Shown here: positions 10,388-21,322 of the stretch, in pieces
Layout of the letters: each line of letters opens with the position of its first letter
How positions within the stretch are numbered: position 1 is the first letter of the stretch
Program-made: the position numbers and the translations under genes
Assembly (NCBI GenBank): GCA_963663235.2
Contig: CAXXNO010000004.1
Span: 128,001-192,000, forward strand
From: Dehalococcoidia bacterium
Lineage (GTDB): Bacteria > Chloroflexota > Dehalococcoidia > Bin125
DNA length: 64,000 bases
Reading direction: 5' to 3'
Notes under the pieces: model-generated
What the model was told of the DNA's origin: nothing
The model's input: only the letters and a program-made list of their open reading frames with translations
Database searches by the model: none

Positions 10388-11800
10388 CTATCCTCCCGAG
10401 GGCGCCGGTTCGCCGAAGTCCGGCGGCAGCGTCACCTCGGGATGCTCGGCCACCATCTGGAAGACGCGCGATCGGATCGCCTCGTAGCGGTCGCGATCTT
10501 CCGCCTCCATCCGGATCGAGAGGACCGGATTGGTGTTTGAGGCGCGCACGAGGGCCCAGCCATCGCCGAAGTCGATGCGCGTGCCGTCTGCATCGACGGC
10601 GACGGCGGCGGCGCGCAGGCGCTCCGTGATCGCCGCCGCGACGCGGAACTTGGCCTCGTCCGCGCAGGGCAGCATGATCTCGGGGGAGGTGACCAAGCGC
10701 TGCATGCCGGCGAGATGCGCGGAGAGCGGCCGGCTCTCCGCCGCCAGGATCTTGGCGGCCGCGCAGGCCGCGTACACGCCGTCGTCGATGCCGTAGTAGT
10801 CCTCCGCGAAGACGATGTGGCCGCTGGCCTCGCCGCCGAAGAGGATCTTCTCCGCCTCAATGCGCCGGCGGAGCAGCGAATATCCGGTTGGAGTCAGCAC
10901 CGGCTCGCCGCCGTGGGCGCGGACGTCCCGGATGGCGCTGAGCGAGGTCTTGGCATCGAGCAAGATGCGCGCACCAGGATGGCGCGTGAGCACGTCGCGC
11001 GCGAGCAGGGCCACGAGCCAGTCCGCGTCATAGCGGACGCCCCGCTCGTCCACCATGCCGACGCGGTCGCCGTCGCCGTCCCACGCGAAGCCCACATCGG
11101 CGGCGTGCTCTTGGACCGCCGCGCACAACTGCACCATGGTCTGCGGATCCTGCGGGTTCGGCACGTGGTTGGGGAACCCCTCCAGCAACTCCGTGTACAG
11201 CCCGATCACGTCACAGCCGATCCGCCGCAGCGCCTCCGGCCCAGTCAGCGTGGCGACGCCGTTGCCAGGATCGGCGACCACCGTGAGGGGGCGGGCGAGA
11301 CGAAAGCGCTCAGCCAGGAGCGCCAGGTATTCGGGTTTGGGATCGCGCTCGTCCAGGGCGCCGCGACCGTGGTCGAGATCGCCCGACTCGGCCAGCCGCC
11401 GGACCTCCTGGATCTCCTCGGGCAGCAGCGCCGACGCCCCGCGCTGCACGAGCTTGGCGCCGTTGAACTCGATCGGGTTGTGGCTGGCCGTGACATTCAC
11501 CGCACCGTCCAGCCCCCAGGCCGCCGCGGCGAAACCGACGACCGGGCTCGGACTCAGCCCCACGGCAGTGACATCGACCCCAGCGCCCCGCGCTCCCGCG
11601 ATCAGGGCGTCGTAGAGCGCGGGCGACGAGGGGCGGCTATCGCGGCCGACCGCGATGCGCCGGCCGTCGAATCGTCGTCGCAGATAGGTGGCGAACGCCG
11701 CTCCGAGTCGCTCGGCGACCGCAGGCGTGAACTCCTCAGCGGCGATCCCGCGGATGTCGTAGGCCCGGAAGATATGAGGATCGAGGGCGAGGTCCGGCAT
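10388..11800 (-). CDS. Phosphomannomutase/phosphoglucomutase (paralog 2)
   Basis: Start MPDLALDPHIFRAYDIRG; TASHNP, DGDGDR, GEASGH, LVRASNT. Confidence 0.93.
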   Translation of the reverse strand: MPDLALDPHIFRAYDIRGIAAEEFTPAVAERLGAAFATYLRRRFDGRRIAVGRDSRPSSPALYDALIAGARGAGVDVTAVGLSPSPVVGFAAAAWGLDGAVNVTASHNPIEFNGAKLVQRGASALLPEEIQEVRRLAESGDLDHGRGALDERDPKPEYLALLAERFRLARPLTVVADPGNGVATLTGPEALRRIGCDVIGLYTELLEGFPNHVPNPQDPQTMVQLCAAVQEHAADVGFAWDGDGDRVGMVDERGVRYDADWLVALLARDVLTRHPGARILLDAKTSLSAIRDVRAHGGEPVLTPTGYSLLRRRIEAEKILFGGEASGHIVFAEDYYGIDDGVYAACAAAKILAAESRPLSAHLAGMQRLVTSPEIMLPCADEAKFRVAAAITERLRAAAVAVDADGTRIDFGDGWALVRASNTNPVLSIRMEAEDRDRYEAIRSRVFQMVAEHPEVTLPPDFGEPAPSGG

Positions 11801-11887
11801 CTGGATCCATGCTAACCGGGCCGTAGCCGCTGCCATAGCGCACGCGCGACACGCGCCGAATCCGCCGGGCAACGCCGCGGGGGCTGA

Positions 11888-13321
11888 CTAGAGCTCTGCG
11901 AGAGCCGGACGGCTCGCGGCCCAGGCGAAGGCCTCCTCCAGGGCGGCGGCGGCGCGTATCGCCGTGACCTCCTCGCCGCCGCGGGCGACGATCTGGATCG
12001 CGGTGGGCAGCGCCTCGGGGCTGAACCCGGTGGGCACGGAGATTGCGGGCTGGAGGCTGAGATTGAAGGGCACGGTGAAGGGCGTGGCGCCCCAGAACTT
12101 GATCGCCGGCTTGCCCTCGATCTCCTTGACCCACTGGTGGTGCGGGAACGCCGGCACCGCGGTCCCCGGTGTGAGCAGCAGGTCATAGTCAAGGAAGAAG
12201 AGACGCATACGCGCCCGATAGTCCTCCAGGGTGGCGTACGCCTGCACGACTGTCGCGCCGTCCTGCGCGCGACCCTCCTCGACGGCGCGGCGGACGTAGC
12301 GGGTGAGACGGTCACCGTCGGAGTCGTAGAGCGCGCCGTGGTTGGCGGCGGCGCCGGCCATCGCGATCGGAGGGAAAATGTCAAAGGGGTAGGGGACGTC
12401 GGGGGTGGCGGCTTCGACGGTCGCGCCGCGCTCGCGTAGCTGCGCCAGGGCGCGCTCGCAGTTGGCCAAGACGGACGACTCGACCGTCGCGAAGCCGAGG
12501 TCCGGGCTCCAGGCGATGCGCAGGTCGCGCAGATCGGTGCGGTCGCAGGCGGCGAGGTAGTCGTCGGGGTCGTCGGGAAGGGCCGTGGGGTCTCGCGGGT
12601 CGGGCCCGGCCATCACTTGCAGCATCAGAGCGGCGTCGCGGACGGTGCGCGCCAACGGTCCCTCGGTGGAGATCCGCGGCATGCCCGCAGCGCGCGGGCG
12701 GGCGGTGGGGATGCGTCCTTGGGTGGGCTTGATCCCCACAACGCCGTTGAAGGCGGCCGGGAGGCGGATCGAGCCGCCGCCGTCGCTGCCATGCGCCAGA
12801 GGTCCGAGACCGGCCGCGACGGCCGCTCCGGCCCCACCGCTGGAGCCGCCGGCCACGCGCTCCAGATTCCAGGGCGTGCCGACGGGATCGCCGAGCAAGT
12901 TCTCGGTGACGGTGACCAGGCCGAACTCCGGCGTGTTGGTCTTGCCCAGGAGCACGGCGCCGGCCGCCTCCAGGCGCTCGTAGGGGATGCCGCTGGAGTC
13001 GGCGATGTGGTTTTCGAAGATCTTGGAGCCCTGCGTGGTGCGGACACCGGCAACATCGTGCAGGTCCTTGATGGAGACGGGCACCCCGAGCAGCGGCGGC
13101 AGCGCATCGAGGTCGCCGCGCGCGCGCGCATCGACGTAGCGCGCCTCCGCAGCGGCGGCCTGGCGGCGGGCGATATCAGCGGTGACGGTGAGAAAAGCGT
13201 GCAGGACCGGATTGAGCCGGTCGATGCGCTCCAGCACCTCGTCGACGACGTCGCGGGGTGAGGCATCGCCAGCACGGTAGAGCGCGACCAACTCCACAGC
13301 GGATCGAAAGGCGTGGGACAT
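11888..13321 (-). CDS. Amidase signature family enzyme
   Basis: GVPVSIKDL, GKTNTPEFG, GGSSGGAGAAV, GSDGGGSIRLPA. Confidence 0.92.
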   Translation of the reverse strand: MSHAFRSAVELVALYRAGDASPRDVVDEVLERIDRLNPVLHAFLTVTADIARRQAAAAEARYVDARARGDLDALPPLLGVPVSIKDLHDVAGVRTTQGSKIFENHIADSSGIPYERLEAAGAVLLGKTNTPEFGLVTVTENLLGDPVGTPWNLERVAGGSSGGAGAAVAAGLGPLAHGSDGGGSIRLPAAFNGVVGIKPTQGRIPTARPRAAGMPRISTEGPLARTVRDAALMLQVMAGPDPRDPTALPDDPDDYLAACDRTDLRDLRIAWSPDLGFATVESSVLANCERALAQLRERGATVEAATPDVPYPFDIFPPIAMAGAAANHGALYDSDGDRLTRYVRRAVEEGRAQDGATVVQAYATLEDYRARMRLFFLDYDLLLTPGTAVPAFPHHQWVKEIEGKPAIKFWGATPFTVPFNLSLQPAISVPTGFSPEALPTAIQIVARGGEEVTAIRAAAALEEAFAWAASRPALAEL

Positions 13322-13436
13322 CGGGCACCCCCCAAATCTGAGGCAAGTCTGAGGCGACGCGTGGCGCGAAGCCGGGCGAGTATAACGCTGCGCGCATCGC
13401 GTCCGTCTGGACGCCACCAGGCCAGGCCCGGCTCCG

Positions 13437-15512
13437 CTAACCGGCGGCGGGCGTCCCCTCCGCGAGCAAGGCCAGCAGGGCGTCCGGCGTGGTCACGGGC
13501 AGGCTGCACGTGAAGCCGTGACAGACGTAGGCCGTGGCGACGCCATCGCGCGGCTCCTTGCCATCCAGTTGCGGCACCTGCGTCGGCGCGCCAGGCGCTC
13601 TCTGCGCCAGGGCGAGGGTGGGGAAATAACCGTCCCGGACCGCGCGCAGGAGGGCTTGCGTATCGGCGCTGTCGGGATCGCCGACTACGGTGACGGTCTG
13701 GTGTCGCTGGAGCCAGTCGAGCGTGGTGACCAAGAGCGGCATCATCGTGGGCGCGCGCGCCAGGATCAGGGCGTGCGCGCGCGCCGTGGCCTCCAAGCGG
13801 TCGGCGAACTTCCCCTCCCCGGTGAGCGCGTAGAGCCGGGCCAGCACCTTGGCGGCGTGGGAGTTGCCTGATGGGGTGGCGCCGTCGGAGGCGGGCTTGC
13901 TGCGCGTGATCAAGGCTTCGTTGTCACTGCCGGCGGTGAAGAAGCCGCCGTCGGCCTCATCCCAGAACTTCGCCAGCATCTCCTGCCCAAGCGAGAGCGC
14001 CTCGCCGAACCAGCGCTCGTCGCCGGTGGCCTCGTGGAGCGAGAGGAGAGCGTCGGCAAAGGCGGCGTAATCCTCCAGGAAGGCTGGCACCGACGCGCGT
14101 CCGCCCGCGTAGATGCGGAAGAGCCCGCCGTCGGGCCGCAACGTGTCGAGGAGGAAGGCGGCGGCCTGCTCGGCGGCTTCCAGGAAGTGCGGCGCGGCGA
14201 GCGTCGCGCCACCCTGCGCCAGCGCGTCGATCGCCATGCCGTTCCAGGCCACGATGATCTTGGTATCGGTCGCCGGCGGGATCCGGGTGGCGCGTTCGGC
14301 CAAGAGAGCCGCGCGCCCGCGCGCCAGGAGCGCCGCGACGTCCTCAGCGGACCGCCCCTGCCAGTTGGCGACGTCCTCCACACTCGCCGTCGGGTGCAGG
14401 ATGGACTTGCCCTCGAAGTTGCCGGGATCGGAGACGTCGTAATAGCGGTTGAAGACCGGCGCGTCGTCGGGGCCCAGCAGGCGCTCGGTGTCGGCCGGCG
14501 TCCAAACGAAGTACTTGCCCTCCTCGCCTTCGGAGTCGGCGTCGGTGCTGGAGTAGAAGGCGCCCTCGGGCGAGCGCATGTCGCGAAGCAGGTAGTCGAG
14601 CGTCTCCTCGGCAATGCGTGCGTAAAACGGGTCCTCGGTGAGTCGCGCCGCGTCGAGGTAGAGCGGCGCTAGGAGGGCGTTGTCGTACAGCATCTTTTCG
14701 AAGTGCGGCACCAACCACTCGGCGTCGACGGAGTAGCGGTGGAAGCCGCCGCCCAACTGGTCGTACATCCCGCCCTCCGCCATCTTGCGGAGCGTGAAGA
14801 GGGCCTGCTCCCGCGAGCGCTCGTCGGCGGCGGCGTGCGCGTAATGCAGGAGCAGGCGGGGGAAGAACGGCTGCGGGAACTTGGGCGCCCCGCCGAAGCC
14901 GCCGTCGCGCGGATCGTAGGCCTCCATGATCGCGGAGGCGGTGGTGCGCAGCGACTCGGTTGCGTCGGGCGTCGCTTCGGCGGGGGCGAGGGTCGTCGCC
15001 TTGCCCAAACTCTCGACGAGCTTGCCGGCCTGCTGCGCGATGTCTTCGCGGCGATCGCGGTAGGCGACTGCAACGGACTCCAGCACTTCGGTCCAGGACG
15101 GCATGCCCATTCGTCGGTCCGGCGGGAAGTAGGTGCCGCCGAAGAAGGGACGACCGTCCGGGAGGCAGAACACGTTCAGCGGCCAGCCCCCCTGCCCGCG
15201 CAGGAGCTGCACGGCCTGCATATAGATCTCATCGACGTCGGGGCGCTCCTCGCGGTCAACTTTGATGCTGACGAAGAGGTCGTTCTGGCGTTGTGCGGCG
15301 GCCGGATCCTCGAACGACTCGCGCTCCATCACGTGGCACCAGTGACAGGCGGCATAGCCGATGCTCACCAGCACGGGTTTGTCCTCCTGCCGCGCCTTCT
15401 CGAACGCCTCCGGACTCCAGGCGTACCAGTCGACGGGATTGTGGGCGTGCTGGAGGAGATAGGGGCTGGTCTCACGCGCCAGGCGGTTGGTATAGCTCGG
15501 TTCGTCGGACAC
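13437..15512 (-). CDS. Thioredoxin-domain (DUF255) YyaL/SSP411-family protein
   Basis: [44 protein letters not shown]; GTG start at 15512 after GGGAG. Confidence 0.92.
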   Translation of the reverse strand: MSDEPSYTNRLARETSPYLLQHAHNPVDWYAWSPEAFEKARQEDKPVLVSIGYAACHWCHVMERESFEDPAAAQRQNDLFVSIKVDREERPDVDEIYMQAVQLLRGQGGWPLNVFCLPDGRPFFGGTYFPPDRRMGMPSWTEVLESVAVAYRDRREDIAQQAGKLVESLGKATTLAPAEATPDATESLRTTASAIMEAYDPRDGGFGGAPKFPQPFFPRLLLHYAHAAADERSREQALFTLRKMAEGGMYDQLGGGFHRYSVDAEWLVPHFEKMLYDNALLAPLYLDAARLTEDPFYARIAEETLDYLLRDMRSPEGAFYSSTDADSEGEEGKYFVWTPADTERLLGPDDAPVFNRYYDVSDPGNFEGKSILHPTASVEDVANWQGRSAEDVAALLARGRAALLAERATRIPPATDTKIIVAWNGMAIDALAQGGATLAAPHFLEAAEQAAAFLLDTLRPDGGLFRIYAGGRASVPAFLEDYAAFADALLSLHEATGDERWFGEALSLGQEMLAKFWDEADGGFFTAGSDNEALITRSKPASDGATPSGNSHAAKVLARLYALTGEGKFADRLEATARAHALILARAPTMMPLLVTTLDWLQRHQTVTVVGDPDSADTQALLRAVRDGYFPTLALAQRAPGAPTQVPQLDGKEPRDGVATAYVCHGFTCSLPVTTPDALLALLAEGTPAAG

Positions 15513-15774
15513 GATCAGGCTCCCGTCCCAGGGCGCACCACCACCGAGGCAGCGGTTGGTCGGCTTCTTCAACCATATCGTTAACCATGTCGGCCTGGTT
15601 GGCATGGAGGGCGCCGTCGACGCGCGCCGCGCGCGTTCGTGGACACGGCGGCCGGCGCGGTCGTGGGGCTGCACGCCACCATCGCCGGGCGCGAACGCGA
15701 GCCGGAAGGTGGGCGGGGCTCTTAGCCGCACTGGTCCCTATACCTGATCTCACCGTCGCCGGAGGGCGGAGCCG

Positions 15775-16206
15775 TCAAGGTCGAAACGGGATCAACTCCG
15801 TGAGGATGCCGCCTACGTCGGTGGGAACGAAAAAGGCGGCGGGGAGGCGTGAGGGGTCATGGCTGGGGCCGAGGTCGATCTGCGTGACGCCGTTCTCGCG
15901 CAGGCGTCGGATCTCACCTTCAAGGTCGTGCACGCCGAAGCAGATGTGGTGCAGGCCGGGGCCGCGTTTGGCCAGGTAGCGGGCGATGCCGCTGGTTGTG
16001 TCCTGCGGGATCAGCACTTCGATGCGGGCCTCGCCGGAGCCGGGCCGAACGAAGTAGATGCGGGTGTTCTGCGGCTTGAAGAGCGTGCCCTCCGGGAGGG
16101 TGGTGCGGGTCTCATCGACCTGGAGGCCGAGCCGGCCGAGGAGGACCTCCGACGCCTCATCCCAGGTACGCGCGACGATGCCGACGTGGTCGAGTTTGTC
16201 CAGCAT
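15775..16206 (-). CDS. VOC-family protein, methylmalonyl-CoA epimerase-like
   Basis: LDHVGIV, IEVLIP, YLAKRGPGLHHICFGV, GGILTELI; GGAGG RBS. Confidence 0.85.
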   Translation of the reverse strand: MLDKLDHVGIVARTWDEASEVLLGRLGLQVDETRTTLPEGTLFKPQNTRIYFVRPGSGEARIEVLIPQDTTSGIARYLAKRGPGLHHICFGVHDLEGEIRRLRENGVTQIDLGPSHDPSRLPAAFFVPTDVGGILTELIPFRP

Positions 16207-16358
16207 GAAATCGCCACCTCCCACGGTCGCGGGCAATATAGCGGCCACGTCCGTGCGAACAAGGGAGCGTGAGACGTTCGTTCGTGCCGGTTCTCCGTTG
16301 AGGTGCCGCTGCGCGAGGACTAGACTCCGCGCACTTCGGTCGAGGGAAAGAGGCAGCA

Positions 16359-17276
16359 ATGGAGCAGGTACGAATCCCGAGCGGCGGGGTGCGCATCGCC
16401 GGCGACCTCCATATTCCGGAGGGGATGCGGGCGGGGGAGCGGCGCCCTGGGCTGGTGCTGGGACACGGCTTCGGGATCCTGAAGCAGTCGCTGGTGACGC
16501 CCGCGGAGCACTTCCGTCGGGCGGGGTACGTGACGCTGGCCATCGACTACCGGACCTTCGGCGAGAGCGAGGGGGAACCGCGGGGGCAGCTCTTTCCGCT
16601 CAACGAGGTGGAAGACTACCGCAACGCGATCAGCTACCTGCAAACGCGACCGGAGGTGGACCCGGAGCAAATCGGGATCTGGGGGGCGAGCTTCGGAGGG
16701 GCGGTAGTGATCTGGACGGCCGCGGTCGATCGACGGGTGAAGGCGGTGGTGTCGGAGGTACCGGTGGTCAACGGGCGGCGCTGGATGCAGGCGCTGTACA
16801 CGAGCGCGGGCTGGGAGGCGCTGCTGGACCGGTTGGAGGCGGACCGGGAGCGCCGCTACGAAACGGGCGCGAGCGAACGGGTGCCGCCGACGCAGCGCCT
16901 GGGGCCCGAGGGGATCATCCCGATGAACCCACGGACGATGGCGTTCTTCGACGCGTACGCGAAGACGACGGATGAGCCGCTGCTGGTGGCGGAGCCGGAG
17001 ATCACGCTGGAGTCGATCGAGAAAGTCATCGAGTTCAACCCGGAGAGCGTGATCCACCAGATCGGGCCGCGACCGCTGACCATCGTGACCACGGGCGGTT
17101 GGGACGTTATCCACCTGCTGGACCAGATCCAGGACGCATACAAGAAGGCCAACGAGCCGAAGCGGCTGGTGCTGATCCCCTGCGAGGCCTACGAGATCTA
17201 CCACGAGCCGGCGCAGACCTGGGCGCTGGACGCCGCGTTGCAGAGCTTCCGGGAGGCGCTCCCCGTCGGAACGTAG
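16359..17276 (+). CDS. Alpha/beta hydrolase (CocE/NonD / S15-like)
   Basis: HGFG, IDYRTFGESEGEPR, nucleophile elbow GIWGASFGG. Confidence 0.85.
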   Translation: MEQVRIPSGGVRIAGDLHIPEGMRAGERRPGLVLGHGFGILKQSLVTPAEHFRRAGYVTLAIDYRTFGESEGEPRGQLFPLNEVEDYRNAISYLQTRPEVDPEQIGIWGASFGGAVVIWTAAVDRRVKAVVSEVPVVNGRRWMQALYTSAGWEALLDRLEADRERRYETGASERVPPTQRLGPEGIIPMNPRTMAFFDAYAKTTDEPLLVAEPEITLESIEKVIEFNPESVIHQIGPRPLTIVTTGGWDVIHLLDQIQDAYKKANEPKRLVLIPCEAYEIYHEPAQTWALDAALQSFREALPVGT

Positions 17277-17298
17277 GCGGACCGCGAAGGAGTGCAGC

Positions 17299-18072
17299 GT
17301 GGCGCGTCGCTTCGAGCAGAAGGTTGTCGTGATCACGGGCGCGGCCGGCGGCATCGGCCGGGCGACGGCGGAGCGGTTCGCGTCGGAGGGGGCGCGACTG
17401 GCGCTGGTCGACCTGGCGGGCAGCGCGCTGGACCAAGCGGCGGCGGCGATCGAACGGGCCGGAGGCGAGGTGATCGCGGTGGCGGCGGACGTGAGCGACA
17501 CCGCCGACGTGCAGCGCTACGTGGGCGAGGCGAGGAGCCGTTTGGGCGGGATCGACTGCTTCTTCAACAACGCGGCGATCGAGGGCGTTATCGCGCCGAT
17601 CGTGGAATACCCGGAGGAGACCTGGGAGCGGGTCTTCGAGGTCAACGTGAAGGGGGTGTGGCTAGGGCTGAAGCACGTGGTCCCGGCCATGCGGGAGCGG
17701 GGCGGCGGGGCGATCGTGATCACGTCGTCGACGTCGGGGCTGCGGGGCGAAGCGAACAACTCGGCCTACAACGCCAGCAAGCACGCGGTGCTGGGGCTCA
17801 CACGGACGGCGGCGCAGGAGTTCGCGGCGGACGGGATCCGGGTGAACGCGATCTGCCCCGGGCCGATCGAGACGGAGATGCTGCACCGGATCGAGCGGAT
17901 GATCGAGCCGGACCAGCCTGAGGCGGCGCAGGCCCGGCTCCAAGAGTGGCCGCTGCTGAAGCGCTACGGCGAGCCGCGCGAGGTGGCGGCGATGGTGGCG
18001 TTCCTGTGCAGCAAGGACGCGTCGTACGTAACGGGCGGGGTGTACGTGGTGGATGGGGGGACGGTGGCGTAG
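17299..18072 (+). CDS. SDR family oxidoreductase
   Basis: TGAAGGIG, NNAA, YNASK catalytic motif, VNAICPG. Confidence 0.92.
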   Translation: MARRFEQKVVVITGAAGGIGRATAERFASEGARLALVDLAGSALDQAAAAIERAGGEVIAVAADVSDTADVQRYVGEARSRLGGIDCFFNNAAIEGVIAPIVEYPEETWERVFEVNVKGVWLGLKHVVPAMRERGGGAIVITSSTSGLRGEANNSAYNASKHAVLGLTRTAAQEFAADGIRVNAICPGPIETEMLHRIERMIEPDQPEAAQARLQEWPLLKRYGEPREVAAMVAFLCSKDASYVTGGVYVVDGGTVA

Positions 18073-18144
18073 GGGGAGGGAGCGACGCCGATTACGGCGG
18101 CTGCGCGTCGACTATCTCGATCACCCGGCGGGCAGCGCGCAGTC

Positions 18145-18768
18145 CTAGCCCTGGGCGGCGGTCACAATCAGATCGGCGGCTTGCTCCGAGCTGAGGATGT
18201 CGGTGTTGATGACGAGGTCGTAGTGAGTGGGCTGCTCCTCCTCGATCTGGTAGAAGCGCTTGAGGTAGCTGCGGCGGTCGCGATCGGAGGCCTTGACGGT
18301 CTTCTTGGCGTCACGCTCACTCATAGAGGCGGTGTGCACAAGGCGCTGCGCCCGCGTGTCGGGGGAGGCGGTGACGAGCACGCGCAAGCAATCGCTCTTG
18401 CCGGCGAGCGCCATGCTGGCCCCGTGCGCCGCGATGACGACCCGTCCTTCGTCCCCGACCTCGCAGATCACCTCTATGATCAGGGGCTCGTAGCTCGACG
18501 GTGGGGGGTTGGCCGCTTGGTGGCCGGCGAGGACGCCGGTGGGGTCGACGGTGGCGGTGGTGGTAATCGCTTGCACGATCCGTTCGATGAGCGGCCGCTT
18601 GCGCTCCGCGGCGACGACGTCGGCCGGGGAGACGTGCGCCTTGGCCGCCGCTTTCATGATGATGGCGCCGTCCATATAGCGATATTTGAGGCGGCGAGCG
18701 ACGCTGGCGCCGATCTCTTCTCCACCGGCGCCGAGCGAGCGGGAGATACAAACGACCGCAGTGGCCAT
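18145..18768 (-). CDS. Cytidylate kinase-like family protein
   Basis: ISRSLGAGGEEIG, SDRDRRSYLKRFY, YDLVINTD. Confidence 0.85.
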   Translation of the reverse strand: MATAVVCISRSLGAGGEEIGASVARRLKYRYMDGAIIMKAAAKAHVSPADVVAAERKRPLIERIVQAITTTATVDPTGVLAGHQAANPPPSSYEPLIIEVICEVGDEGRVVIAAHGASMALAGKSDCLRVLVTASPDTRAQRLVHTASMSERDAKKTVKASDRDRRSYLKRFYQIEEEQPTHYDLVINTDILSSEQAADLIVTAAQG

Positions 18769-18957
18769 CGATCTCTCCTTCCGCGCTGATCGCTGAGGAT
18801 CCCTCGGGCAGGCCTGGGATAGCAGTTTCGAGCCGCCGGACGCAAGAGACAGGGGCAGGGTCGGCGGGGAAGGAGCCTGTAGCGGTGGTGACGTAGATGC
18901 GGCGATTGGCGGGCGGAGGGGACATGCGCCGATCGTCGCGTGGGGCGCGCGGCGCGT

Positions 18958-19626
18958 CTACGAGGCGCCCGCGCTCTTTTCTTTGTGACGCGCCACGAGG
19001 GCACGGAACTTGGGGCCGTGCGCATCGCTCGATCGGAGGTCGGCGAGGTCGTTGTCCGTCTCGGCGTAGCCGAAGCGGGCGAAGTCGAGATCGAAGGTGC
19101 GCTCGAGATCGGCGAGGGCGTCGTCGAAGCGTTCGAGGCGGCTGAGGGCGCAGGCGCGATCGTAGAGGACGCTGGGGACGTCCGCCTCGAGCTCGAGCGC
19201 TTGGTCGAGAGCGTCGAGTGTTTCGTTATAGCGGCCGATCATCAGCAGGAGGCTGCCGTGGATGCCGTGGATCGTTGCGCTCTTCGTATCGAGCTTGAGG
19301 GCGGCGTCGACCGCGCGCAGGGCGTGCATGCCGCGCTGCAACCCGGCGAGCGGCATGGCGCGGTGGGCCAGGGTGAGGGGGTCATCCGGCTCCAGCTCCA
19401 GGGAACGGTCGTAGGCGTCGAGGGCCTCCTGGTAGCGGAAGAGCTGCGCCAGGGCGAGGCCGCGCTTGGTGTGAGAGGGGGCGTGGTCGGGGCGGAGCTC
19501 CAGCGCGGCGTCGTAGGCCTGGAGCGCCTCCTCCCAGTGGGTGGTGACGGCGAGGCCGTCGCCGCGGGCGAGGAGGGCGTCCGCGTCTTCGAGGCCGGCG
19601 TCGGGGGCGCTGTCGGCGTCGGGCAT
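18958..19626 (-). CDS. Tetratricopeptide repeat protein
   Basis: Repeated EAL.AYD.ALEL.PD helices; C-terminal YDRACALS...A.TD.DL..LR TPR end. Confidence 0.88.
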   Translation of the reverse strand: MPDADSAPDAGLEDADALLARGDGLAVTTHWEEALQAYDAALELRPDHAPSHTKRGLALAQLFRYQEALDAYDRSLELEPDDPLTLAHRAMPLAGLQRGMHALRAVDAALKLDTKSATIHGIHGSLLLMIGRYNETLDALDQALELEADVPSVLYDRACALSRLERFDDALADLERTFDLDFARFGYAETDNDLADLRSSDAHGPKFRALVARHKEKSAGAS

Positions 19627-19699
19627 GGGGCGGGCCTCTCGCTCGATGCGGGCGCGGAGGGTCGAGTATAGGAGGTGGCCGGAGCGTTAGGATCGGTGC

Positions 19700-20596
19700 A
19701 TGGCGCTGGACCTGACGGGGATCATGGTGGCGACGGTGACGCCGTTCACGGGGGGCGGGGCGGCGGTCGACCACGAGTGGATGGCCGGGCATCTGCGGTT
19801 CCTGGAAGACGCAGGGATCACATCGGTGTTTCCGCTGGGCACCAACGGCGAGGGGTCGTCGGTGGGGGTGGAGGAGCGCAAGCGGGTCATCGAGACGGCA
19901 GTGCGACACAAGGGCGGGATGGGGGTGGTGGCGGGGGCGGGGACGCCGTCGCTGCCGGACACGATCCGCGCGGCCAACGACGCGCTCGACGCCGGGGCCG
20001 ACGCCGTGGCGATCCTGCCGCCGTACTTCTACGCCGACGCCGACGCGGCGGGGCTGGTCGCCTACTACAGCGCGGTGATCGAGGCGCTGCCGTCGCAGGG
20101 CCGGGTGCTGCTGTACAACATCCCCTCCAAAGCGCAGGTGGACATTCCCGACGAAGTGGCGCTGGCGCTGCTGGAGCTGCACGGCGAGCAGGTGATCGGG
20201 ATCAAGGATTCGAGCGGGGAGGTGGAGCGGACGCGCCGGTACGTGGAGCTTTCGCCGGAGCTGGCCGTGCTGGCGGGGTCGGACCGGCACCACGCGGAGC
20301 TGTACGGCGTCGGGTGCGTGGGCGGCGTCACCGGGCTCGGGAACGCCGTGCCGCACCTGGTGCTGGCGATCCAGGCGGCGCACCGTCGTGGCGGCGACGC
20401 CGCGCGGGCGCAGGCCGAGCTGGAGCGGCTGCGGGCCGTGCTGGCGGGCTTTCCGGCGTTCGGCGCGCTCAAGCACCTGATCACCCTGACGGCACGGCTG
20501 CCTCTGACCCAGGCGCGGCCGCCGAACCGGGACCTGACGGAGGAGGAGCGTCGTGACCTGGAGACCGCGGTCGGCGCCTACCTGCGGGTTGAGTGA
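19700..20596 (+). CDS. Dihydrodipicolinate synthase family lyase/aldolase
   Basis: TPF, GTNGEG, LYNIP, GIKDSSG Schiff-base lysine. Confidence 0.88.
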   Translation: MALDLTGIMVATVTPFTGGGAAVDHEWMAGHLRFLEDAGITSVFPLGTNGEGSSVGVEERKRVIETAVRHKGGMGVVAGAGTPSLPDTIRAANDALDAGADAVAILPPYFYADADAAGLVAYYSAVIEALPSQGRVLLYNIPSKAQVDIPDEVALALLELHGEQVIGIKDSSGEVERTRRYVELSPELAVLAGSDRHHAELYGVGCVGGVTGLGNAVPHLVLAIQAAHRRGGDAARAQAELERLRAVLAGFPAFGALKHLITLTARLPLTQARPPNRDLTEEERRDLETAVGAYLRVE

Positions 20597-20638
20597 CCGT
20601 TATACTGCGCGCAGGCGGCGGACCCAGGAAGCGGCCCG

Positions 20639-21322
20639 ATGCGCATCCTTGTAGCGGACGACGAACCGCACATCCGTGAACTCATACGCATGTACCTCTC
20701 GAAGGAGGGGTACCAGGTTGAGAGCGCGGTCGACGGGCAGGACGCGCTGGACAAAGCGCGCCGGCTGCAGCCGGACTTGATCGTGCTGGACCTGATGATG
20801 CCCCGCGTTGACGGGTTTGAAGTCACCAAAGAGCTCCGCGAGGAGTCGGACGTCCCGATCCTGATGCTCACGGTGCGCAAAGAGGATGCCATCAAGGTGA
20901 AGGGGCTGGAGCTGGGCGCGGACGACTACCTCACGAAGCCGTTCAACCCCAAGGAGTTGGTGGCCCGGGTCAAAGCGATCCTGCGGCGGGCGGACGGCCT
21001 GCAGCGCTCGGGGGTGGACGTGCAGATGGGGAGCCTGCATCTGCATCGCAAGCGGCGGGAGGCCACGCTGGGCGCGCGCACGCTCAACCTTCGCACCAAA
21101 GAGTTCGACCTGCTCTTTTGCCTGGCGCAGAACGCGGGGGCCGCGCTCTCGCGCGAGCAACTGCTAGAGATCGTGTGGGGCTACACCTTCGCGGGGGAAA
21201 CCCGCACCGTGGACGTGCACGTGAACCACCTGCGCCAGCGACTCCAGGACAGCGACATACGCATCGAGACGCTCCGGGGCGTGGGCTACAAGCTAACGGC
21301 GGCCCCCAGTGGCGACGCTTAG
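20639..21322 (+). CDS. OmpR/PhoB-family response regulator
   Basis: ADDE, LDLMMP, GADDYLTKPF, winged-helix TRTVDVHV...GVGYK. Confidence 0.95.
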   Translation: MRILVADDEPHIRELIRMYLSKEGYQVESAVDGQDALDKARRLQPDLIVLDLMMPRVDGFEVTKELREESDVPILMLTVRKEDAIKVKGLELGADDYLTKPFNPKELVARVKAILRRADGLQRSGVDVQMGSLHLHRKRREATLGARTLNLRTKEFDLLFCLAQNAGAALSREQLLEIVWGYTFAGETRTVDVHVNHLRQRLQDSDIRIETLRGVGYKLTAAPSGDA

